A stretch of DNA of 64,000 nt from Octopus vulgaris (taxonomy: Eukaryota): the NCBI GenBank assembly GCA_951406725.2, contig OX597817.1, forward strand, positions 74,090,001 to 74,154,000, read 5' to 3'. Positions 13,129 to 25,194 of this stretch are shown here, piece after piece. Made by a program: the position numbers and the translations under genes. Within the stretch, counting starts at the first letter, position 1, and each line of letters opens with the position of its first letter. The notes under the pieces were generated by a model that was given only the letters and a program-made list of their open reading frames with translations, was not told the origin of the DNA and did no database searches.

Positions 13129-13379
13129 AGTTAACAAGAATTGTATTGGCATTTATACATTTAGGCAGGTTTAAAGGGGTGTTGGTGGGGGACTTTTTGG
13201 GGGTAGGCATAGCGCAAAATATCATACTTGGGGGAGTGGTCAAGGAGTCAGTGTTAAATTAGATAGAAGAATAAATAAAAAAATTTTTTTTAAAAATATA
13301 TATATAAAAAAATATATAAAAATATATATAAAAAAGGAATAGAGTTTTAGGTAAATAAGGAGATTCTCACTTATACCTA

Positions 13380-13737
13380 TGCACATATGTATACATATAT
13401 ACACACACATACAAACATATATACATATACATACACACATACGTACACACACACATATATACATATATATACACTTACACATACATATACATATCTACAC
13501 ATACACATATATGTATACATACACACACTCACATGCATACACGTATACACACATGTATATATACACACACGACCACACATACATATACACACAGAAGAAT
13601 ATATATACACATACACACACATACTCACATACACGCATACACACACATATCCACACACACATATGCACACACAGCACACTAGTCCCTATATACACATATA
13701 TACACATACATACACACACACATATACACACACATAC

Positions 13738-13809
<72 letters not shown>

Positions 13810-14566
13810 GTGCACCTATGCATACCTACACATACACACATATATATACACATACAAATACAGACCCATTCCCTAATTTTAATTTTATTATCTTCATTTA
13901 TTACTTTTGTTATCTTTGATCGCTGGTCACAAACATCCACAAAACCCCACCCACAAAACCCCCCCAATCCCACCGTTCCCCTAGCACCCCCGATTACCTT
14001 TTCTCCTAAGACCATTCAAATATTGTATGTGCACGCTTGTATATGTGTATCGTATATATGTATAGAAATGTATGGGTATAGTAGGAATATACGCATGTAT
14101 TATGTGTGTGTGTGTGTGTATGTATGTAAAAAAAAATATATATATATATATATGTATGTGCGTGTGTGTGAGTGTGTGTGTGTATATATGTATATATGTA
14201 TATATGTATATGTGTATATATGTGTGTATGCATATGTATGTGTATATGTATGTGTGTATGTATGTGTATGTATGTATAAAATATTATATAATTAGGGCTT
14301 AGTAAAATAAATTACTTTGCCACACATTGAACTTTCTAGAAATAGCAGCCAAAAAAGTTTTTTAGCCTCTTCCACTACTTAGAGAATATTTTCCCTCAGA
14401 CATTATTTACTCAAAAAAATAATGGTCCTTTTACATACTGAATACTTGGTGAAATTGATTAATAACTAATTAACTTTACCCTCAATTGTTGATATATGTA
14501 TGTGTGTGTATATATGTGTATGTATATGTATATGTACATGTATGTATGTGTGTATGTATGTATATG

Positions 14567-14643
<77 letters not shown>

Positions 14644-14861
14644 ATATGTGTATTATGTATATATTTATGTATATATATATGAATATGTATATGTATGTGT
14701 GTGTGTATATGTATATATGTGTATATATATGAGTGTACGCGAGTATGTCGATGTATATGTAGGTATGTAGAGTTATGTGTATGTGCATGTATGTGAGTGT
14801 AGCTACAAATTGTAGATGCGTATATATATGTGTGTGTATATATACATGTATATAGGTATAT

Positions 14862-14907
<46 letters not shown>

Positions 14908-15006
14908 ATGCGAGTATGTAGAGATATAAGTATGTGCATGTGTATATATGTGTGTATATATATGTATAGGTATGTGTATGTGTATGTATGTTTGCACACA
15001 TGTATA

Positions 15007-15038
<32 letters not shown>

Positions 15039-15310
15039 AATATATATATATATGTATATATATATATGTATGTGTGTGTGTATATATGTGTGTATGTGTA
15101 TGTATGTATGTATATATATGCGTGTGTATGTGTATGTGTATATGTACATATACGTGTACGCTCGTGTGTTTATGTATATGTAGGTACGTAGAGTTATCTA
15201 TGTGTGTATGTATTTGTACATGTGTGTAAGTATGTATATATATATATATATATGTGTATATGTGTGTGTATATATATATGTATATATGTATATGTATATA
15301 TATGTGTGTA

Positions 15311-15379
<69 letters not shown>

Positions 15380-15700
15380 ATGTATGTGTGTAAGTTTATA
15401 TGTATGTATCCGTCTATATAATAGGTAACTGCACGTACATATACTTAATATTTATTATTTATTTTTTGAGTATGCATGTAAGTATGAATATAAGGAGGCA
15501 CGTGTGTGTGTGTGTATGTGTAAGCATAGATATATGTATACTTTTACGCATGTGTGTACTTATGTGTATATATGGATGCGCGCGTGTGTGTGTGTGTATG
15601 GGTACGCATGTACATGTGTATGTGCGTGTATGTGTATATGAGTATGTATGTATGTGTGTGCGTATATTTGTATATGTATGTATGTATATGTATGTGTGTG

Positions 15701-15745
<45 letters not shown>

Positions 15746-15956
15746 ATGTGTATGTATGTATATGTATATGCGTATGTGTATGTATTTGTATGTGTATGCA
15801 TGCGCGTATATATATGTACGTATATGTATACGTGTGGGTGTGTGTATGTGTATAAATGTATGTATGTATGGATGTATGGATGTATGTATGTATGTATGTA
15901 TACGTATGTATGTGTATGTGTGTATATGTATGTATGTGTATGTGTGTGTATATGTA

Positions 15957-15987
<31 letters not shown>

Positions 15988-16000
15988 ATGTATGTATATG

Positions 16001-16031
<31 letters not shown>

Positions 16032-16382
16032 GTATGTATATATATGTGAATATGTATATATATGTATATATATATACGCGTACGTATGTGTATATACGTG
16101 AATGTATGTAGATGTATGTATGTATGAATATAACGCGTGCGTGCGTGTATGTGTATGAGTGTACGAATGAGTGAGTGTACGTGCTAAAGAGTGTGCGTGA
16201 GTAAATGAGTGCTTGTTTTCCAGTAGACAGATAAATGGACTGGCTGTCATAGCCAAGATGTTTGTGACCAGCGATCAAAGATAACAAAAGTAATAAATGA
16301 AGATAATAAAATTAAAATTAGGGAATGGGTCTGTATTTGTATGTGTATATATATATGTGTGTATGTGTAGGTATGCATAGGT

Positions 16383-16448
<66 letters not shown>

Positions 16449-16747
16449 ATGTATGTGTGTGTATATGTGTGTGTATGTGTATATATGTGTATATAGGGAC
16501 TAGTGTGCTGTGTGTGCATATGTGTGTGTGGATATGTGTGTGTATGCGTGTATGTGACTATGTGTGTGTATGTGTATATATATTTTTCTGTGTGTATATG
16601 TATGTGTGGTCGTGTGTGTATATNNNNNNNNNNNNNNNNNNNNNNNNNNNNNNNNNNNNNNNNNNNNNNNNNNNNNNNNNNNNNNNNNNNNNNNNNNNNN
16701 NNNNNNNNNNNNNNNNNNNNNNNTATATATGTGTGTGAGTGTGTATG

Positions 16748-16830
<83 letters not shown>
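13380..16830. repeat. extended low-complexity (TA)/(TG)/(TATG) field with short unique islands
   Basis: Read directly from the sequence. It is the source of dozens of spurious YI/HT/CV ORFs. Confidence 0.95.
16624..16723. other. assembly gap (100 N)
   Basis: Run of exactly 100 N, a placeholder of unknown true size. Confidence 0.99.
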
Positions 16831-16837
<7 letters not shown>

Positions 16838-17098
16838 TAAGTAAAAAAAACTAAGTAAAGAAATTCCGTCAAAGGGTTGTGTAAAACATCCAATTCACTG
16901 ATACGTCAGTTGAATACCACAGAAATAGGGATATAATACAAGTTATAAACAATGAATTAAATAGAGAGATTCAATTGCAATCTAGCAATTTATTTATATT
17001 ATGATATAACATAATATACTATGAATATAATATAATATAACATAAGAAATTATTAAAAAAACAAAAAAAGAAACCAACAATTTGTTTGGACTTATATA

Positions 17099-18335
17099 TC
17101 AGGCTGAGTAAAAAGTAAGCAACGTTTTGAAACATGAAATTCATCACATTATATTTTAACAATGCGGAAATATTATCTATCAAAGTAAGTACCATTGCAA
17201 TCACCGCATTTTTGCCAACGAGTAACAAGTTTGTTTATTCTGATAACATAAAAATATTGAGTTCTGGAGCTGATGAATGTTTTGAACGCACTTTCAGCAT
17301 CGGTTTGATTTTTGAACTGGTTCTCTCGCAGGAAACCATCAAGGTGCTTGAAAAAGTGGTAGTCGGTAGGAGAAAGGTCTGGGTAATAAGCTGGGTGGGG
17401 AAGAACTTCGCAGCCGAGTTCCCTCAAATTTTGGAGCGTCATCAGTGAAACGTGTGGTCGAAGAATGATTGGTCCTCATCTGGGATGGACGAGTAGCAGA
17501 TTTTCGTTCATTGTAGCAATTTCATGGCAATATGTTTCTGCTGTAATGGTTTTTATCCGGGTTTTAAGAAGTTATAGTGGATGAGTCCAGCAGTACACCA
17601 CGAAACTTCATTTCAAAGAGCTCGGGTTTAGGGAAGGTTTTCGGTGCTTCATTTTGATCCAACCACCGCAAAGAAGTCTTTTTATCATTGTACAGAATCC
17701 ACTTTTCATCGGTCGAGAAATGGATCGGTCTAGTTACGGAGAAGAAGCGACGAGCAAATTCCATATTTGCGAATTTTCTGATTTTCATTCAAATCGTGTG
17801 GTACCCATTTGTAGAGATTTTTCGATGTTCTCATCGCATGCAAATGGATCCAGGCAGTTTCCTGGATAACGTGAAGTTCTTTTGCCAGTTCTTGAGTGGT
17901 TTTACGTGGATCTTGCTCAATGACGGTCTTCAATTGACCATCATCGATGACAGATGGGCGTCCACTACGCTCACGATCTTCAAAACTCAGTTGTCCTCTG
18001 CGAAATCGTTTAAACCATTTTCAAGCAGACCACTTACTGGTCATTTCCTCATCAAACGTTTCGTTGATATCGCGAGCAGTTTCAGCTGCTTTACGTCCTT
18101 TTTTGAAGTTGAATAGTAAAATTGCTCGAATATCGTTCTTTCATAGTTCCATTTGAGATGATTGTAACAACGATGAAGGAAATATCAATGCTAATTTATT
18201 GATGCATTTGAGCAAGTCTATGTCTGTATTATCAGACAATTACAAAGAAATGATTTTAAAAAATTCAAAACTCTTCAAAAATCCGGTACAAATTCTTCAT
18301 GGTTCAAAACGTTGCTTACTTTTTACTCAACCTGA
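17099..18335 (-). mobile_element. near full-length decayed mariner (cecropia/Hsmar1-like)
   Basis: TIRs TCAGGCTGAGTAAAAAGTAAGCAACGTTTTGAA / TTCAAAACGTTGCTTACTTTTTACTCAACCTGA with TA TSD. Transposase pseudogene 18152->17173 with WVPHDL, TDEKWILY, HPAYYPDLSPTDYHFFKHLD and RWQKCGDCNGTYFD. Confidence 0.93.
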
Positions 18336-18576
18336 TACATTATATGGGTTTTGGTTCAAAAGACAGACCAAATTCCTTTCATACGATATACATGGATATG
18401 AATTGTTTATAAATTGAATAATATATATAAGTCGAAACAAATTGTTAGCTTTTTAGTTTTTTTAAATAACTTTTATGCTATATGATATTCATAGTATATC
18501 ATGTTATATTATAATATAATTGTTAGATTGTCAATTGAATATCTCCTTTTCATTTGTTGTTTATATATATATATAA

Positions 18577-18641
<65 letters not shown>

Positions 18642-18667
18642 TGTGTGTATGTGTGTGTGTATGTATG

Positions 18668-18705
<38 letters not shown>

Positions 18706-18756
18706 ATAATACATACACAGACACACGCACATACACACACACATATACATATGCAT

Positions 18757-19689
18757 ATATGGGTACAGGACGTCACTAACGGTGCAAGTAACATGAAATA
18801 CGTAAACAACAACAAAAAATGGAAAATAGGACAAGTGAATACAGAAAATGGATCCTTCATCAGTTGTCGGCCGTCTATTTACTCCTTATTTCGAGCATTC
18901 AACGACAATATGAGTCTTTAAAGACAGTTGCCCCTATCAATTCTAAAATAAAATTTAGGATTTATGGAGGGTCGTTAGACCAGAACGAGAGAAAAATAAT
19001 GAACGCTGGATGAAACATATTTTAGAAAAGAGAAAAGATAGAAGAAAGAGAGAGAAACAGGTCCGTTCTTTTAAATGTCTGCGCAGGAATGGAAAAATGG
19101 TCACGTGAGGAAAAGTAAGATGGACGATGGTCACGTTTGAGCAACGGGAGAAAGAGGTGGGAGAGAGAAAAGAGAACGGGGAGAGGGAGAGAGAGAGAAA
19201 AAGAGAACGTGGGGAGAGGGGGACAGCCAGACAGATAGAAAACGGTGAAGGAGGGAGGGAGAAAAAAAGGGAATTAGAGAAGGATGGAGGAAGAAAACAA
19301 TATTCCATAGAGAGTCGCATTAAAAAGGTGAAGATGAACTTAGTTGGAAATGGATGCGTCGCGTTCAATTAAATAATAAATAATAAAGTATATACCCGTC
19401 TTCAGTGTGTGAAAATCACCAGCTAATGATGAAGACGGGTAACTACCCAGAAACCCAAGTGTGTATGTATCACGTAAGGCAAGAGATAGGAACGATGACT
19501 TCCCTTCGCAAATACTAATCGGACACAGACAGTGTGTCGTTAGTCAGTTGGAGAAGATGTCCTTCTGGGGCTAAAACAGCAGTAGCATCGTCCTCTATGG
19601 GATCGCCACATTTAGTTGGCAAATATATTTTACGATTCTGCACTGCTACTGTTTACTTCTTGCTCAGAGATTTAATATTTCTCATTTCT

Positions 19690-19690
<1 letters not shown>
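18757..19690 (-). mobile_element. non-coding Penelope-like terminal remnant
   Basis: Abuts (TA)n with GGGTACAGGAC. The same end and a CAACTGA(T/A)GAAGG motif recur at 55944-56165. Carries degenerate hammerhead-like cores. Confidence 0.4.
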
Positions 19691-19732
<42 letters not shown>

Positions 19733-20146
19733 CAAAAATAAGGGTTAAAAAAATGGATATTAATTTAATAATACCATCAATTTAACACCAAGTGGCTTAG
19801 CGCATAAAAGCCAGGGATACAATAAAAATTTATACACAAATGTAAGAGAGTGTCCACTATGTGGTCGACTCTTGCGCTAAAAATAGATCCGCTATGGTCT
19901 TAACCATACTGCATAAAAATTCTACTGATGAACTATGGATATATTATGTAAGTAAAATTGCATAATACATTAATAGCGAAACAATTGTCTAGAATGAATC
20001 TACATTTTTGTTATTTTTCATTTGCCCTGCTCGTTTACGTTAAAAGTTGTGCTAATTCTCCTTGGAAACAATTTTTGGTGGTTAAGACCATAGCAGATCT
20101 ATTTTTAGCGCAAGAGTCGACCACATAGTGGACACTCACTTACATT

Positions 20147-20196
<50 letters not shown>

Positions 20197-20200
<4 letters not shown>

Positions 20201-20650
20201 AGTGGCTGTGTGGTAAGTAGCTTGCTTACCAACCACATGATTCCGGGTTCAGGCCCACTGCGTGGCATCTTGGGCAAGTGTCTTCTGCTATAGCCCCGGG
20301 CCGACCAATGCCTTGTGAGTGGATTTGGTAGACGGAAACTGAAAGAAGCCTGTCGTATATATGTATATATATGTGTGTGTGTGTGTGTATGTGTGTGTTT
20401 GTGTGTCTGTGTTTGTCCCCCTAGCATTGCTTGACAACCGATGCTGGTGTGTTTACGTTCCCGTCACTTAGCGGTTCGGCAAAAGAGACCGATAGAATAA
20501 GTACTGGGCTTACAAAGAATAAGTCCCGGGGTTGATTTGCTCGACTGCGGCCATGCTGGAGCACCGCCTTTAGTCGAGCAAATCAACCCCGGGACTTATT
20601 CTTTGTAAGCCCAGTCAAATGACTGAAACAAGTAAAAGAGTAAAAGAGTA
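20197..20650 (+). mobile_element. SINE family A copy carrying an internal inverted duplication
   Basis: Head GGAGTGGCTGTGTGGTAAG...GGGTTCAGGCCC, internal (TA)(TG) tract, (AGTAAAAG)n tail. 20547-20615 is inverted relative to sibling copies. Confidence 0.9.
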
Positions 20651-20805
20651 TGTATATATATATATATATATATATAATTTATATATAGAGGGCATTATTA
20701 TACATACATGCCACACGCTAAGAGGGACAAAATTAGTCATTTCTACCAAAAATTTTACTAATCCCACCGAATGCAATTCTTCAAAGTAAGACATTTAAAA
20801 ATATG

Positions 20806-20852
20806 GACTTGTATCACCTGTGATTTCATACCTCTGTATTCATCAGCAAGCC
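20806..20852 (-). ncRNA. minimal type I hammerhead ribozyme (best copy)
   Basis: GGCTTG-CTGATGA-ATAC agag GTAT-GAAATCAC ag GTGATA^-CAAGTC. Canonical CUGAUGA/GAAA core with all three stems paired. Predicted cleavage after AUA, between 20812 and 20811. Confidence 0.8.
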
Positions 20853-21010
20853 TGGACGTATCATAAATAAACGACCCTACCTCGTCTAAGCCGAGCAGCT
20901 AACTGATCAACATCAACGAAGCACATGGGTGAGTTTACATATATTACATCCGGTAAATGGCAGACTTTTACGAATTGCATTTCGGGGAAGGAAAAGTTTT
21001 TTCGGAATAA

Positions 21011-21149
21011 AAATTTAGCAATTAAGGACAACTTCTTAATAAGGAAAACTTAACAAGAAATTATCGGGTAGATATGGGGTCTTTCACGCTATCTACCCGA
21101 TAATTTCTTGTTAAGTTTTCCTTATTAAGAAGTTGTCCTTAATTGCTAA

Positions 21150-21153
<4 letters not shown>
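21011..21153. repeat. perfect 64-bp inverted repeat with a 15-nt loop
   Basis: 21011-21074 is the reverse complement of 21090-21153. Confidence 0.92.
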
Positions 21154-21194
<41 letters not shown>

Positions 21195-21212
21195 CATACA
21201 TACATACATACA

Positions 21213-21309
<97 letters not shown>

Positions 21310-21311
<2 letters not shown>

Positions 21312-21910
21312 ATCAGTGTACACATTGTGGCAAATTATGAAGTGAAAATATGTAGAAAACATATATAAGAAGGGGAAGAGAAAAGCCTTCATTTCACATA
21401 GTTTTAATATCCTTTTATAAAAATATATATATACATATTTTATGGGCGGTAAAGGTCTCATAAAATGCAGTGATATCCAACCGGATTTCGATATTTAAAT
21501 TAGTTTTTCAAGGGACATTGTGAAGTAATAATTCTTTGAGAGAAAGGAATCATGCCATTTTGCACTTCTTGAAAAGTAAGAGTGAATAGAGAGAGTGGAT
21601 AAAGGGAGGCAATAGGTGGCTACGGGGACAACCACCTCCTCAGCATTATGGAGTAGTGGTAAATAAATTTGATTTTGAAATAGGAATGCGTAGGGATCAA
21701 GTGGTCAAGTTTGTATATTAAAGTGCGGTCTGTACTTTTGTATGAACAGGTTTTCCTTGTTTAGGCGTTCTTGTAAGGAGATTGGTGTAACGGAAAAATA
21801 TGGAAATTATGTGTTTCATTTCTTGCACATCTGTCAGTATGCTCACTCAGAGCTATCTGCCTGTATTGAAGAAAACGAATCTGTTCTTTATGCAGTGTAA
21901 TGTATATATA
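21310..21910 (-). pseudogene. Penelope-like element 3' end (GIY-YIG endonuclease C-terminus plus 3' UTR)
   Basis: TLHKEQIRFLQYRQIALSEHTDRCARN...FHIFPLH then, after a frameshift, QERLNKENLFIQKYRPHFN (R..E..FI....P.LN pattern). Downstream is a hammerhead stem-III relic GAAATCCggttGGATA near 21470-21490. Confidence 0.75.
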
Positions 21911-21923
21911 CACATCTATAGGG

Positions 21924-21968
<45 letters not shown>

Positions 21969-21969
21969 A

Positions 21970-22157
21970 TAGGGCGCAGGAGTGGCTGTGTGGTAAGTAG
22001 CTTGCTAACCAGCCACATGGTTCCGGGTTCAGTCCCACTGCGTGGCATCTTGGGCAAGTGTCTTCTGCTATAGCCCCGGGCCGACCAAAGCCTTGTGAGT
22101 GGATTTGGTAGACGGAAACTGAAAGAAGCCTGTTGTATATATGTATATATATGTGTA

Positions 22158-22201
<44 letters not shown>

Positions 22202-22389
22202 TCCCCCTAGCATTGTTTGACAACCGATGCTGGTGTGTTTACGTCCCCGTCACTTAGCGGTTCGGCAAAAGAGACCGATAGAATAAGGACTGGGCTTACA
22301 AAGAATAAGTCCCGGGGTCGATTTGCTAGACTAAAGGCGGTGCTCCAGCATGGCCGCAGTCAAATGACTGAAACAAGTAAAAGAGTAAA

Positions 22390-22391
<2 letters not shown>
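21970..22391 (+). mobile_element. tRNA-derived SINE family A, full length
   Basis: GGCGCAGGAGTGGCTGTGTGGTAAG (A-box-like), GGGTTCAGTCCC (B-box-like), CTTGGGCAAGT core, internal microsatellite, tail GGCGGTGCTCCAGCATGGCCGCAGTCAAATGACTGAAAC(AGTAAAAG)n. Confidence 0.9.
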
Positions 22392-22440
<49 letters not shown>

Positions 22441-22449
22441 TGCATGTAT

Positions 22450-23360
22450 AAGCGGATGGAGATGGAAAAAGTAGAATAAGTATTGAAGGGGCTTTCGAAA
22501 GAAGTGATATACATAGCTGACGGTAGTTGTCCAGTTTAGGACAGCGGAGGAGGCAAAGAGGCTGGCGAGTGCGACAGTAAAAACGGAGGAAGTGGTACTT
22601 CTACCCACGTACCTTGGAAGAAAGTCTTCTAAGGTGACGATAGAAGGAAATCCACCCGATATAGAAGTGGATTGGGTTGCGGTAGCCGCCCTCGTTGGAA
22701 GTGAGGAGGGGAGTGGTTGTCCTCGAAGCCATAGAAACGGAGTACGGAGGATGGAGAGGAAAAACCACTGGACTTCATTATATAGGCAGAGGAGAGGCAA
22801 TTGGAGAGTTTGGCGGAGGTGACTTTGGGAGAGATTGTGTTAAGAGCGTGAGTGGAGGGCAGAATCCCACGATGTTTTAAATGTGGCCAAAAGGGCCACA
22901 TTAGAGAGCACTGCCCTCTGCAGAGGATTACGACAGAAGAAGTGGCGAGGGAGATGGATGAGAAAAAGTAAGAAGTACAGCTAGATGGAAGGAACAAGGA
23001 GGATGAATGGATAGTGACAAAGAATAAAAGGAAAAAAGAAAGAAGAGGAAGAACAGTCAGTGTGATGTGGGACCCCAGATTAACTCCATTCCATCCAAGA
23101 CCACCCACACCACCCAGACCCACCCTCTCCATACAGGCACCAACTCACCCACCCCCTCTCCCCACAAGAAGAAAAGAAGAAAGAACAGACACCACAAATA
23201 TTTACAAGACCCCTCCCCCGGTAAAAAAGTTTACGTGCACATGGAGGAGAGAGTGTTGTCACTCAACGATGGAGAAAACGGTAAACGAAAGACTAGATCA
23301 AAGACTAAAGAAAACTCAGGACTCAGAGGTGGCGAGTGGTGTTACTCAGTGTGGTTAAGT
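22450..23360 (+). pseudogene. LINE ORF1 (gag-like, CCHC zinc knuckle) remnant, L1/Tx1-like
   Basis: TVVVQFRTAEEAKRLA...VVLLPTYLGRKSSKVTIEGNPPDI...EGRIPRCFKCGQKGHIREHCP (CX2CX4HX4C at about 22873-22915), with frameshifts and stops. Confidence 0.75.
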
Positions 23361-23554
23361 ACCACACTTTTCATATACTCATGTCTCAGTTATCATTTAT
23401 GTATCATTATTTAAATATTTTGATTTTAATGTTTTTCATGTTTATTTTCATGTGTCATTCATAGTATCATATTTTTATTTTAATTGTTATATGACTCCAC
23501 TTGTGTTGTAGTGTTCCTCTCTATGTAATGCCTTTATGGCAATTTAAAAGAAAT

Positions 23555-23930
23555 AAAGAAGCTTGCTTCCCAACCACAATGTCCCGGGTTCAGTCCCACT
23601 GCGTGACACCTTCGGCAAGCTTCTTCTTCTTTAGCCTCGGGCCGACCAAAGACTTGTGAGTGGATTTGGTAGACGGAAACTGAAAGAAGCCCGTCGTACA
23701 TATATATGTGTGTGTGTGTGTGTGTCTGTGTTTGTCCCCACAACATCGCTTGACAACCGATGCTGGTTTGTTTACGTCCCCGTAACCTAGCGGTTCGGCA
23801 AACAGACCGATAGAATAAACACTAGGCTTACAAAGAATAAGTCCTGGGGTCGATTTGCTCGACTAAAAGCGGTGCTCCAGCATGGCCACAGTCAAATGAC
23901 TGAAACAAATAAAAGAGTAAAAAGAGAGTA
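23555..23930 (+). mobile_element. SINE family A (5'-clipped)
   Basis: Matches 21970-22391. Confidence 0.88.
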
Positions 23931-24249
23931 GGACAAGCTACCGCATCTAGGTTCATTTGATCGGAGGTGGTTGTAGTTCGTTTGTCAGTGATAATGCTGG
24001 ATAATGTTGTTGGTGATGGTGATGGCGGTGATGATGATGGTGGTGGTGCTCGTTGTTTTGGTGTGGTGATAGTCGTGGTCGTTGTGATGTGTCGGTGATT
24101 TGACCTTAACCTGACCCAACCGGAAAAATTTTATCACCCTAGGTGTTGTTATTACCATCTGAAGATTCATTACCACAGGCTATCTCACCGGAAAAATCGT
24201 CACTCTACCAAACTAACAATCTTTATGCCCACACAAGTGTTGTCCTTCC

Positions 24250-25045
24250 CCGGTTTTGTTTCCTCATAACTTTCAGAAAAATAAGTATTTTTTAATGACA
24301 TTTTCTACTAATACCTTTCAAAAGGTGTAGATTGGGAATTTGCTGTGAAAAATATTTTCAGGCAAGTAGAGTTCCGGATAATTCACACGTGGCTGCGTAG
24401 TTTCCTCATAACTTTCAGAAAAATGAATATTTTAAAGTGAAATGTTCTACAAATACCCTTCAGATGATGTAGATCACGATTATATCGGAATTTAATGTGA
24501 AAATAAATAAATAAATAAATAAGTAAATAGATAAATGGTTGGCGCGCACACATATATACTGACATTCAATTTGAAATTTTGAAACAATTTTGAGACGTGT
24601 GTCAGTATGTATGTGTGCATGCCTACCAACTTTTGTTTTTAATCAATTTTCGATATAATCAAAATCTACACCATGTAAAAGTTATTTGTTGAAAATTTTA
24701 CGGAAAAATTAAACCTGTTTTTCAGAAAGTTATGAAGAAACAAAGTCGACTCGTCTGAATTATCCGAAACTTCCCTCCTTTGCCCTCATCGGATAAAAAT
24801 TTTCACAGCAAAGGTATTTGTAGAAAATTTCATTAAAAAAATAAAACCTATTTTTCTGAAAGTTATGAAGAATCGAAGTTTGAGTCGTGTGAATTATTCG
24901 AAACTTCTCTCTCCTCCCCGTCATCGGGAAAAAAGTTTTCGCAACAAATTCCGATATAATCAGAATCTACACCATCTGAATGGTATTTGTGGAAGATTTC
25001 ATTAAAAAAATCATCCATTTTTCTGAAAGTTATGAAGAAACAAAA
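24250..25045. repeat. fold-back element of ~75-150 bp subunits (two direct on the left, three inverted on the right)
   Basis: Unit TTTCCTCATAACTTTCAGAAAAAT...GTAGAT at ~24259 and ~24401, with reverse complements at ~24663, ~24810 and ~24963. Centre GCACACATATATACTGACA...TGTCAGTATGTATGTGTGC. Confidence 0.75.
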
Positions 25046-25194
25046 TCAAGTAGGGGAGGGGCATGCCAACGATTCTTCGGGTGATCCAAGAAAACTTCTA
25101 CATAAAAGAATCTCGGTGAGCTGAATGGAAGGCGCATCCATCCACCCAGCGGCGGGAACCCATATACCCATTGTTCGGCTTCAATAATCTAATC

